A stretch of 64,000 nucleotides of DNA, from NCBI GenBank assembly GCA_964386405.1, contig CAYLRW010000001.1, positions 7,776 to 71,775 on the forward strand, given 5' to 3'. Origin of the DNA: an uncultured Acidaminococcales bacterium. Lineage in GTDB: Bacteria > Bacillota > Negativicutes > Acidaminococcales > Acidaminococcaceae. The position numbers were made by a program, and so were the translations under genes. Each line of letters opens with the position of its first letter. Within the stretch, counting starts at the first letter, position 1. The notes under the pieces were generated by a model that saw nothing but the letters and a program-made list of their open reading frames with translations, was not told the origin of the DNA and searched no databases. Positions 56,747 through 64,000 of this stretch are shown one piece after another.

Positions 56747-57286
56747 CTAATCTTGGAACCAAGTTTCATATCGCATGACAACTTTAATTTCAACAAGGGT
56801 TCCTGGTTCATAAAGGTTGTAAATAGGCAGAACGTTCCCACCAAAATAGATTTTAGGGCAAGCCTCCAACCCGGTACGTAGTTTTAACGTCTTATATTCT
56901 CTATGCATTTCTAATATGAAATGCCCATCACCCGTGGTTTTAAGCTTTCCTTCCGAGGCCATGAAAGGCAGGCCAACCCCCATTGACTGATATATCGTTT
57001 TTTCCAGCAACAAATCATTTTTACCCCTTACAAGGAAATATTCCTGCACGGGCGTTTTCTGAACTGAATGTACAAATTCTATATACCATGTATCACCATT
57101 TTTTACTTCAAAAAAATACTGTTTTTGTCCATTATCAGGAATAATTGCCAAAATTAACTGGTTTGCATACCAAAACAAGAAGCCAAAAACAAAGGCAAAA
57201 AACAGTATGATTGTTTTAAATCTCAAAAATGTCCGGGAACCGGAAGAAACCGAATCCCGGACATTTTGATTAAACTTAGTGTTCAA
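56747..57286 (-). CDS. DUF1850 domain protein
   Basis: 179 aa with an N-terminal TM segment and a TTG start. It has the conserved position between the TAXI SBP and the fused permease. The family assignment is from memory of this gene order. Confidence 0.55.
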   Translation of the reverse strand: MNTKFNQNVRDSVSSGSRTFLRFKTIILFFAFVFGFLFWYANQLILAIIPDNGQKQYFFEVKNGDTWYIEFVHSVQKTPVQEYFLVRGKNDLLLEKTIYQSMGVGLPFMASEGKLKTTGDGHFILEMHREYKTLKLRTGLEACPKIYFGGNVLPIYNLYEPGTLVEIKVVMRYETWFQD

Positions 57287-57289
57287 AGC

Positions 57290-58258
57290 TTATTTTTCCT
57301 TAAAGTACTTTTCAGCACCGGCAGCCACAGGTATCGACATGCCAACCTGTCCATTAGCCTTGGAAACATTAGCAGCTACAGCATGAGCAGCTTTCAAACG
57401 ATCGGTGTTTGTAAAGATAGCTTTGCTAATGTCATAAGTCAGTTGAGCATCCATTTTGTCAGTCACAACCAGCATTGCCATTACAGCAACGGCAGGTACA
57501 TCAGCAGCTTGATTTCTGTAACTTTTTGCCGGGATAGTAACTTTTGCATAGAATGGATATTTTGCAATCAAAGCATCAGCTTTATCAGCAGTAACTGGCA
57601 AAAGAACAAGATCCTGTTGTGTTGCAATATCCTGAACTGCTGCAGTAGGATGTCCTGCGGTAACAAATGCGACATCAATGTTGCCATCTTTCAACGCATC
57701 GGAAGCTTCACCAAAAGAAAGATATTGAACTTTGATATCGTCATAAGTAATACCATAAGCTGCTAATATCTGACGAGCATTGGCTTCAGTACCGCTGCCG
57801 GCAGCACCTACCGCAACACGTTTACCTTTTAATTGATCAATAGAGGTTACACCACTTTTAGCTACTGTAACAATTTGCACTGTTTCCGGATACAAAGTTG
57901 CAAGACCTTTTAAGCCAGCAACCTTTTTATCTTTAAACATTTCAACACCATTTACAGCATAATAAGCTATATCATTTTGCACAAAAGCTAGGTCAACTTT
58001 GCCCTGTTGTAACAAGTTAATGTTTGCAACAGAAGCACCGGTGCTTTGTGCGCTGGCATTTGCACCAGGAATATTTTTATTAAGTATGTCTGCAACTGCT
58101 CCACCTAACGGGAAATAGGTACCAGCAGTACCGCCTGTAGCGATGTTAATAAATTTTTGAGCAGCAGGTTTCTTTTCATCTTTACCGGATCCCCCACAAC
58201 CGGCAATCAAGGTTCCAAACATAGTTAAAGCTAACATGAATGCAAGAACTTTTTTCAT
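57290..58258 (-). CDS. TAXI family TRAP transporter solute-binding lipoprotein
   Basis: It has a signal peptide with lipobox LIAGC and the TGGTAGTYFPLGG motif typical of TAXI proteins. Confidence 0.85.
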   Translation of the reverse strand: MKKVLAFMLALTMFGTLIAGCGGSGKDEKKPAAQKFINIATGGTAGTYFPLGGAVADILNKNIPGANASAQSTGASVANINLLQQGKVDLAFVQNDIAYYAVNGVEMFKDKKVAGLKGLATLYPETVQIVTVAKSGVTSIDQLKGKRVAVGAAGSGTEANARQILAAYGITYDDIKVQYLSFGEASDALKDGNIDVAFVTAGHPTAAVQDIATQQDLVLLPVTADKADALIAKYPFYAKVTIPAKSYRNQAADVPAVAVMAMLVVTDKMDAQLTYDISKAIFTNTDRLKAAHAVAANVSKANGQVGMSIPVAAGAEKYFKEK

Positions 58259-58456
58259 TAACTACCCCTCCTAATGTTAAGTCTTTGGTAACTCAAACGC
58301 TCAAATATATACTGGCATCACCACCCCAACATAATATTTATAGCATACACATCTTTTGTAGCGATTCGACAGACTTTGTCCTATTTCCTGCTTAACTTCT
58401 ATTATGTATAATGTATTTTTTACACTTAGTATGAAATGCCAATATGCACATTGATT

Positions 58457-58485
58457 TTGCATGCATTAGACTTTTGTGATATCAT
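58457..58485 (+). promoter_or_regulatory. Promoter TTGCAT-17-(TGa)TATCAT for the plus-strand orphan gene
   Basis: Hexamers are at 58457-58462 and 58480-58485, with a TG extended -10 at 58477-58478. Confidence 0.5.
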
Positions 58486-58530
58486 ATTTTGTGTTGAACT
58501 TATAACAATTAAAAGGATGTGTGCTTTAAT

Positions 58531-58890
58531 ATGAAACAAGCAGCTTACACTGTCAAGTTATCAAAAACGTTATACCAAAACACCTACCGCTGTACTTTGA
58601 GTAATGAAAATGAAGAAGTTATTGGAAATTTACGTGTAGTACCAGGACTTCCACTTGATCGCAGTGAGGTTCCGGAAAATGCACCGACAGTTCCACCATA
58701 TCTTTTAGTAATTGTTGACGATGCCGATATAAATAAAGACAATCTTATTGATTTTGAAGAACGCACCTCATATGCGCTGTTAAAACGTTTTTCCACCGAG
58801 TATTTTGTACCACAACATTGTCAATTTTATTATCCTTCACCAGCGTTTGTCTTTGAACAACCTGACAGCACTACTACACCCGTAATGTAA
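58531..58890 (+). CDS. Hypothetical protein, no recognisable domain
   Basis: 119 aa counted from ATG 58531. The track's GTG at 58519 directly follows the AAAGGA RBS. The gene has its own promoter and terminator. No TM segment or signal peptide is seen. Confidence 0.5.
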   Translation: MKQAAYTVKLSKTLYQNTYRCTLSNENEEVIGNLRVVPGLPLDRSEVPENAPTVPPYLLVIVDDADINKDNLIDFEERTSYALLKRFSTEYFVPQHCQFYYPSPAFVFEQPDSTTTPVM

Positions 58891-58900
58891 AAAAACAATA

Positions 58901-58941
58901 AAAATTAAGCCGGTTATTTGTTTAAATAACCGGCTTTTTTA
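58901..58941. terminator. Bidirectional intrinsic terminator
   Basis: A 13-bp stem aagccggttattt/aaataaccggctt flanked by an A-run and T6. Confidence 0.8.
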
Positions 58942-58957
58942 TATCAAAAAACAATTT

Positions 58958-60502
58958 TTATTCAAGTTTGAATATATAAATATCATTTTCATTAAAAATT
59001 AGTTGTAAACGATTTTTTTCTGCTCCTGCTAATCTGCGATATTCAAGTCCACGCACAACAATATATTTAGCTCCACCAGTTTTTAATAAATCAGCAAAAT
59101 CAGATGTCTCTGGCTTCATTTCAGTGCCAGGTACATTAGCATAATACATGAAACCCGGTCTTAAGAATTTATCAACATGCACTGCAATACCTTTATCACA
59201 GTTTTCCAGGTAATAATCTGACGCAGTTTTCACGCTGAACCTTCCGCTAACCGATGGCAACATAAAAGTAAAAACAACAAACATTGTAAGAATTCCTGCT
59301 ACTACGTGAAGCCAAGATGCTAAAAGAGCATCCTTAAAATGTAAAAAAGCTATTACAATCCCTATCGCCAAAAGTAAGGTTATTCCCGCAAGAACAATAG
59401 CACCGAAACTCATTTCAGGCAATTGCTGTCCTCCAAAAAACCAAACAGCAGCGAGCACAATAAACATTATAAGGCTTGGAATAGCAAGTGAAAACTCTCT
59501 TCCAGGAAATCTTTCTCTGCTTACTCGAACAATATTCCAACCTATTATGACCGCTAAAGGCGGAAACAATGGAAATATATATGATACTAATTTTGTTTTT
59601 GATATTGAAAAAAACAGAAAAACAAAAATCCACCAGATATGCATAAACATCAAATTTTTAAAACTTGTCCCAGAACTTTCTGTGATGCTTTTTTTCAATG
59701 CATCGAACAACATACCGGTCCACGGAAAAAGTCCCACCAGCAGAACCGGTATATAATAATACCAAAGTACACGCTCTGGATGTTCAGCAGTCGTGAATCT
59801 TGTCATGTTATGAAATCCAAAAAAGGTATCAAAGAAAATTTGTCCGTGAATTTGATACATAAAATAATACCAAGGCCCCGCAACCAGAAAATAAATAACA
59901 ACACCTAGAGGTATATGCATTTTTTTCAAAATACGCCATTCACCACTAGCGAGAAAATACAAAAAGATGATTGCCCCTGGAAAAACTATGCCAATCGGTC
60001 CTTTAGTAACGGTAGCCAAACCCATCATAATATACATTAATAAAAATTTATTATTAAGAAAAGCTAAAATTGCACCAGTCATAAAAAAGAGGAGTGTCAT
60101 ATCCGTAACAGCGGCTTTCCCCAAGTAGAAAAATTCCAAAGAAGTTCCTAACACCAGTGACGACCAAAATCCTGTTTCCTCATCAAAAAGCCGTTTTACC
60201 GCATAATAAAACATCAGAATAGTAGCTACGCCCATACAGGCAGATGGGAAACGTGCGGAAAAATCACTGACACCAAATGCATTGAAAGTTCCAGCTACTA
60301 ACCAATAATACATTGGCGGTTTGTCATACCAGAAATCATTGAAGATTCTTGGTGACGTATAATCATTAAACTGAATCATTTCTCTAGCAGTTTCAGCATA
60401 CACTGGCTCATCTGGATCAAGCAAAGGAATGCCGCCGAGACCATAGAATAGATTAAAACCCAGTAAAACCAAAAGCAACAGTATGCGTAGTCTTTTATCC
60501 AA
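58958..60502 (-). CDS. GT39/GT83 (ArnT/PMT-like) polyprenyl-phosphate-sugar-dependent glycosyltransferase
   Basis: A polytopic membrane protein with the first-loop acidic motif PLLDPDEPVYAETAREM. The probable start is TTG 60502, which has AGGAG 9 nt upstream. This start overlaps the epimerase stop by 8 nt. Confidence 0.75.
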   Translation of the reverse strand: MDKRLRILLLLVLLGFNLFYGLGGIPLLDPDEPVYAETAREMIQFNDYTSPRIFNDFWYDKPPMYYWLVAGTFNAFGVSDFSARFPSACMGVATILMFYYAVKRLFDEETGFWSSLVLGTSLEFFYLGKAAVTDMTLLFFMTGAILAFLNNKFLLMYIMMGLATVTKGPIGIVFPGAIIFLYFLASGEWRILKKMHIPLGVVIYFLVAGPWYYFMYQIHGQIFFDTFFGFHNMTRFTTAEHPERVLWYYYIPVLLVGLFPWTGMLFDALKKSITESSGTSFKNLMFMHIWWIFVFLFFSISKTKLVSYIFPLFPPLAVIIGWNIVRVSRERFPGREFSLAIPSLIMFIVLAAVWFFGGQQLPEMSFGAIVLAGITLLLAIGIVIAFLHFKDALLASWLHVVAGILTMFVVFTFMLPSVSGRFSVKTASDYYLENCDKGIAVHVDKFLRPGFMYYANVPGTEMKPETSDFADLLKTGGAKYIVVRGLEYRRLAGAEKNRLQLIFNENDIYIFKLE

Positions 60503-61436
60503 GCTCTTTATCTCCTCTCGCCAAATTTGTAAAATAAGCATAGGTCTTCTGCAGACCTTGCTGCAAAGTCGTTTGCGGTACAATTCTTAACTTTTGCTTT
60601 AAATTTGTATTATCCAGACACGAGCGATAAATATCACCAGCTCTCGTTTCCTTATAATCAACTTTTATTTCTTTTTTAGCTACCTGTGCAAAATTCTTTA
60701 CAAGCTCATTGATACTCACTTCAATAGCATTCGACACATTTATTATATGATAACCTTGGACAGAAAAGGCAGCACTTATGGCCTCAGCTATATCGCCAGC
60801 ATATACAAAATCCCGTGTTTGTTCGCCATTGCCATACAAAGAAATAGGTAAGTCTTCTGCTATCAGTTTAGCAAAAATGCTTATTACACCGCCTTCTCCG
60901 CCATTACCTTGGCGCTCACCATAAACATTGGCAAAACGCAAGACAATTGCATCAATTCCATACAATTCACTATATACACGCAAGTAATGCTCTGCAGTCA
61001 TCTTAGTTATACCATAGAAAGACATAGGCATAGAAGTCTCTTCTTCCTTCAAAGGAACATTCATATTATTGCCGTAAACAGCAGCACTGGAAGAGAAAAT
61101 TATCCGTTGCACAGCGTGTTCTTTACAACAATTTAAAACGTTGATCAAACCTAAAATATTTATATCAGCATCCTCATCAGGGTGTTCCAACGAATAAGGC
61201 ACCATCGTTTGAGCAGCGAGATTAACAACCACGTCAAAATGATATTCGTTAAAAACTTTCTCAAGCCCATTATCCCTGATGTCCATTTCATAAAACTTGA
61301 TTTTCTGCGAAATATTTTCTCTGCTTCCAGATGAAAGGTTATCAACAACCACTAATTCATGATCACTATTATTATTTAATAAGCTGACAAGATGAGAACC
61401 TATGAACCCCGCTCCGCCTATAATCAGAATACGCAT
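60495..61436 (-). CDS. NAD-dependent sugar epimerase/dehydratase (UDP-hexose 4-epimerase-like SDR)
   Basis: It has the Rossmann motif IIGGAGFIGSHL and the catalytic YxxxK (YGITK). I set the start to ATG 61436. Confidence 0.8.
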   Translation of the reverse strand: MRILIIGGAGFIGSHLVSLLNNNSDHELVVVDNLSSGSRENISQKIKFYEMDIRDNGLEKVFNEYHFDVVVNLAAQTMVPYSLEHPDEDADINILGLINVLNCCKEHAVQRIIFSSSAAVYGNNMNVPLKEEETSMPMSFYGITKMTAEHYLRVYSELYGIDAIVLRFANVYGERQGNGGEGGVISIFAKLIAEDLPISLYGNGEQTRDFVYAGDIAEAISAAFSVQGYHIINVSNAIEVSINELVKNFAQVAKKEIKVDYKETRAGDIYRSCLDNTNLKQKLRIVPQTTLQQGLQKTYAYFTNLARGDKELG

Positions 61437-61437
61437 C

Positions 61438-62436
61438 TTAACACTTCTTTCCAAAGTTTATATTTGATAAAAAATTTGCTCCAAAGGCTTTTAAACATAT
61501 TGCACCACCCAATAAAAAAGGCAGATATTCGCAGGCAAAGCGCCATAATACAGCCATAATACCAACTGTGCCGCTTGGCAGTAAAGGAGAAAACAGCAAA
61601 ACAAAACCGGCTTCGGCAATTCCAGACCCACCTGGAGTCGGTGAAAAATATAAAATAAGATTTAGTAAAATCATGCGTCCCATTACTAACTGATACGGAA
61701 TATTCAAGCCAAAGCCGCTGATAAATACAGGTACGACGGAATAGATTGCAAGCAAGCTAAGTCCCGATTCTATAAACGCCTTAAACACACGCAGAGGATT
61801 TTTCCCAAGAAGTATAGACGCTTTTCTAAAATCTTTATACCATAAAAAAGCTTTCCTGCGGATAGGCTTGGAGAACTTAGCCGTTAAAGCATAAAGCCAA
61901 TGTTCTGGATAGCGGGTATTCATAAAGGCAACCATAGCAACTGGAATAGCAATTAATATTAGTGAAATTGTCAAAATTACGCTTGCTGGCAACCAGGAGA
62001 CCAATGCATGATCATGATACAGCACAATTGGAATGAGCAATATGAGAAATAAAATTGACATCGCAGTACGTACTATTACTACAGCAGTCGCTTTGGCAAC
62101 GGGAATACCAGCTTTTTTCATGAATAAAACCTGAGCAACAGCGCCACCACTCGCTCCAGGCGTAATCAGTGCTAAAAAATAATTACTTAGAACTACATTG
62201 ACAACATCACTAACTGATAATTTCTCTCCAGAAGCTTTTGTTAAGTTCATCAGTCTTGTACCATCAAAAAAAAGACCAACAAACAAAACACCCAAAACAG
62301 CGGCTACTGACCAAGGTTCAAAGATCGTCAGATATTCCAGAGCTTGGATGTCAAAAGTAAAATAAATAACTGCGCACGAGGTCAATATAACCACGATAAA
62401 GAAAACCATAAAGTGTTCCATTAACTTATTCCGCAT
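61438..62436 (-). CDS. UPF0104 / MprF-flippase-like transmembrane protein (LPG_synthase_TM family)
   Basis: 332 aa with about 8 TM helices. It has the repeated motifs ITPGASGGAVAQ and PTPGGSGIAEAGF, which are typical of the family. Confidence 0.7.
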   Translation of the reverse strand: MRNKLMEHFMVFFIVVILTSCAVIYFTFDIQALEYLTIFEPWSVAAVLGVLFVGLFFDGTRLMNLTKASGEKLSVSDVVNVVLSNYFLALITPGASGGAVAQVLFMKKAGIPVAKATAVVIVRTAMSILFLILLIPIVLYHDHALVSWLPASVILTISLILIAIPVAMVAFMNTRYPEHWLYALTAKFSKPIRRKAFLWYKDFRKASILLGKNPLRVFKAFIESGLSLLAIYSVVPVFISGFGLNIPYQLVMGRMILLNLILYFSPTPGGSGIAEAGFVLLFSPLLPSGTVGIMAVLWRFACEYLPFLLGGAICLKAFGANFLSNINFGKKC

Positions 62437-63286
62437 AGTTCAACCCACCAAAACTTATTAGTGAAATCCCTTTTGATTTAATTTTCTCTATATTTCTTGG
62501 CGCAACAAAAGCTGATAACTCATCTTCCCAATGATATCCCCAGGAATACAAATGCCTTAATTCTTCACTATGCAATCCTGGATGCGTCATGATTTCACTA
62601 TAACCATCAGGCAAATTATCAATTATTGTTTCGACAAGAGTTTCGTTCAAGCTTCCGCCGGCTAACATCCCAAAAAAATGGTCCGGAAATAGAATACCGG
62701 CCTTTTTTAACTTTCTTCGTGCCAGCTCAGAACATATAGTAAGTCCCAAGCGACCGATAATTCTTCCAAAACCAGCAGAATAACCACCCGTCCAAGTTAT
62801 ACTTTCAGCAGGAACTCTTACTTTATTTATGTCATATTTTTTACAAAGTTCAATTACTATGTCAATAATGCCAGGTAGAACATGTAAATGCTGATGGCTG
62901 TCAATATGCGTAATCTTCAGTCCTGTCGACAACCCACACTCTATTTGTGCTGATAGTTCAGCCCTTATTTCATTTTTACAAACTTTGCCAAGAGAAAATT
63001 GCTTTATAAACTGCGTATAGTCCAAGGAGAAAACTCCCTTTTCGTTAAGTAAAGAAGGTATGCTTTCTGGCGATAGCAATGGTTTGACACCGCCGACCAA
63101 TGTTAAATGTATACCTATACCAAGAGATGGATTGGCTTTAGCCAATGCTACAGCATCTTCAAAAGCAGGTGCACTGCACATTAAAGAAGTGCTGGTAATA
63201 CACCCTTCCTTAAAACCTTTGATAATGCCAGTATTAATATATTCATTTAAACCGAAATCATCGGCATTAATAATTAAATATTTCAT
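62426..63286 (-). CDS. YdjC/ChbG/HpnK-family carbohydrate deacetylase
   Basis: It has the N-terminal LIINADDFGLNEYINTGI and the metal-binding HIDSHQHLH motif. Confidence 0.85.
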   Translation of the reverse strand: MKYLIINADDFGLNEYINTGIIKGFKEGCITSTSLMCSAPAFEDAVALAKANPSLGIGIHLTLVGGVKPLLSPESIPSLLNEKGVFSLDYTQFIKQFSLGKVCKNEIRAELSAQIECGLSTGLKITHIDSHQHLHVLPGIIDIVIELCKKYDINKVRVPAESITWTGGYSAGFGRIIGRLGLTICSELARRKLKKAGILFPDHFFGMLAGGSLNETLVETIIDNLPDGYSEIMTHPGLHSEELRHLYSWGYHWEDELSAFVAPRNIEKIKSKGISLISFGGLNYAE

Positions 63287-63361
63287 AGTGGTAACCCCGT
63301 AAGAAAGCGCATTTTATCAACGTTCTTAGTAATTTTAACATAAAAGCAAGCGTTTTTCTGC

Positions 63362-64000
63362 TTAATTTATTTTTTTATAGTTGGAAAAATGTTTTTTAAC
63401 AAGTTTTTCCAATATTTTTATGCCAAATTTATTTTTTATTTCTTGAGCCTGTGCTGTAGCTGTTTCACCGCCGCCTTTTGGTAAAGCTCTACCAGCTAAA
63501 ATTGATAGTTCAGCCATTAACGTTAAAAAACGTTCCCTTGCCAGAACTGAAGCAGCAGCAACAGCAATATCGGCTTCTGCACGTTTTTGCTCGACCACAA
63601 TTAAATCAGGAAACTCACTTTCCAATGCTTCTCGGATTCCACTGTGGATTGAAAACTGGTCAACCAAAGCATACTTGCAATCTGTGCGCTGCAACACAGC
63701 CTTTCTGATAGCAGAAATATGTCCATTTGCCAGCAAATGATTAAGATTTTTCTTTTCCAGGCGGAGTTGTTCATACCTGTAGTTATACATATCTGGCTTC
63801 AAAGCAAGCACAACATTGATAGGAGCTAAATTTTTGATAATTGGTGCGAGCCGTTGCACTTCCTTGTCTGTTAATATCTTGCAGTCCTTTACTCCAGCCT
63901 TGATTAATTCCTCTGCTATAGTGGTATCTACTAAAACGGCAGCAACAACCAATGGTCCAAAAAAGTCACCCTTGCCAGACTCGTCTGAGCCTACCCAAAC
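63362..64000 (-). CDS. rnhC: Ribonuclease HIII, N-terminus off the window
   Basis: The frame is open to the window edge. Upstream of the track start it reads VWVGSDESGKGDFFGPLVVAAV, the RNase HIII catalytic DESG motif. The C-terminal KKHFSNYKK tail is typical. Confidence 0.8.
   Translation of the reverse strand, partial: VWVGSDESGKGDFFGPLVVAAVLVDTTIAEELIKAGVKDCKILTDKEVQRLAPIIKNLAPINVVLALKPDMYNYRYEQLRLEKKNLNHLLANGHISAIRKAVLQRTDCKYALVDQFSIHSGIREALESEFPDLIVVEQKRAEADIAVAAASVLARERFLTLMAELSILAGRALPKGGGETATAQAQEIKNKFGIKILEKLVKKHFSNYKKIN

Noticed and set aside
1-64000. A search for CRISPR arrays, tRNA or rRNA genes, IS elements, prophage genes or defence-system gene sets.
   Set aside because: No direct-repeat/spacer arrays were seen. 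No intergenic region is long enough to hold an unexplained RNA gene. There are no transposase, integrase, restriction, Cas, abortive-infection or toxin-like ORFs. All larger intergenic regions are accounted for by promoters, leaders, riboswitches and terminators.

Overview
The window reads as a dense, syntenic core-chromosome segment of a low-GC Firmicute-type genome. Supporting signs are RNase J, RNase HIII, an L-box dap operon, the miaB-mutS-mutL-miaA-hfq order and strong AGGAGG-type RBSs. I call 55 protein-coding genes, 52 on the minus strand and 3 on the plus strand, so the window probably runs against the replication direction.

Contents in order: a partial GT28 glycolipid synthase; a short-form nicotinate phosphoribosyltransferase convergent with a YaaH/SatP-type carboxylate channel; an M16C peptidase; a small RHH gene missing from the ORF track; a DUF2156 - Eis-like GNAT - purL operon; and a small zinc-ribbon gene. 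Next come a cobalamin-riboswitch-controlled nucleotide-loop operon (cobU-cobT-cobS-cobT paralog-cobC), then a PduO-type adenosyltransferase, ndk, an M42 peptidase, htpX, an aminotransferase/SRPBCC pair, yibQ-like and xerD. After that come hfq-miaA-methyltransferase-mutL-mutS-miaB, read here in ascending window coordinates, and a pepA-PHP-(HprK-like/Asp23 fusion)-DUF3870 operon. Then come a lysine-riboswitch-controlled dapB-asd-lysC-dapA operon, followed by dut, pnp, deaD, cinA, rimO, an orphan solute-binding protein, ygiQ, rodZ, ftsK and rnj. The window ends with a TAXI-TRAP transporter with DUF1850, an orphan hypothetical gene, a four-gene YdjC/UPF0104/epimerase/GT39 glycoconjugate-modification cluster, and a partial rnhC.

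I found no tRNA or rRNA genes, CRISPR arrays, transposases, phage genes or recognisable defence systems. I regard the region as mostly ordinary. The observations most worth follow-up are:
- an identical 9-bp inverted repeat upstream of both the NaPRTase gene and the neighbouring YaaH-family channel gene;
- a degenerate CobT paralog inside the riboswitch-controlled cob operon (ArsAB-like idea);
- an HprK-like P-loop/Asp23 fusion protein paired with a DUF3870-like protein;
- the YdjC/flippase-like/epimerase/ArnT-like cluster;
- a DUF2156 gene whose conserved N-terminus has no canonical start codon (probable ATT start).

All functional calls come from motif and architecture recognition by eye; no searches were run. 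Many ORF-track starts are over-extended, and I re-set them using RBS spacing.
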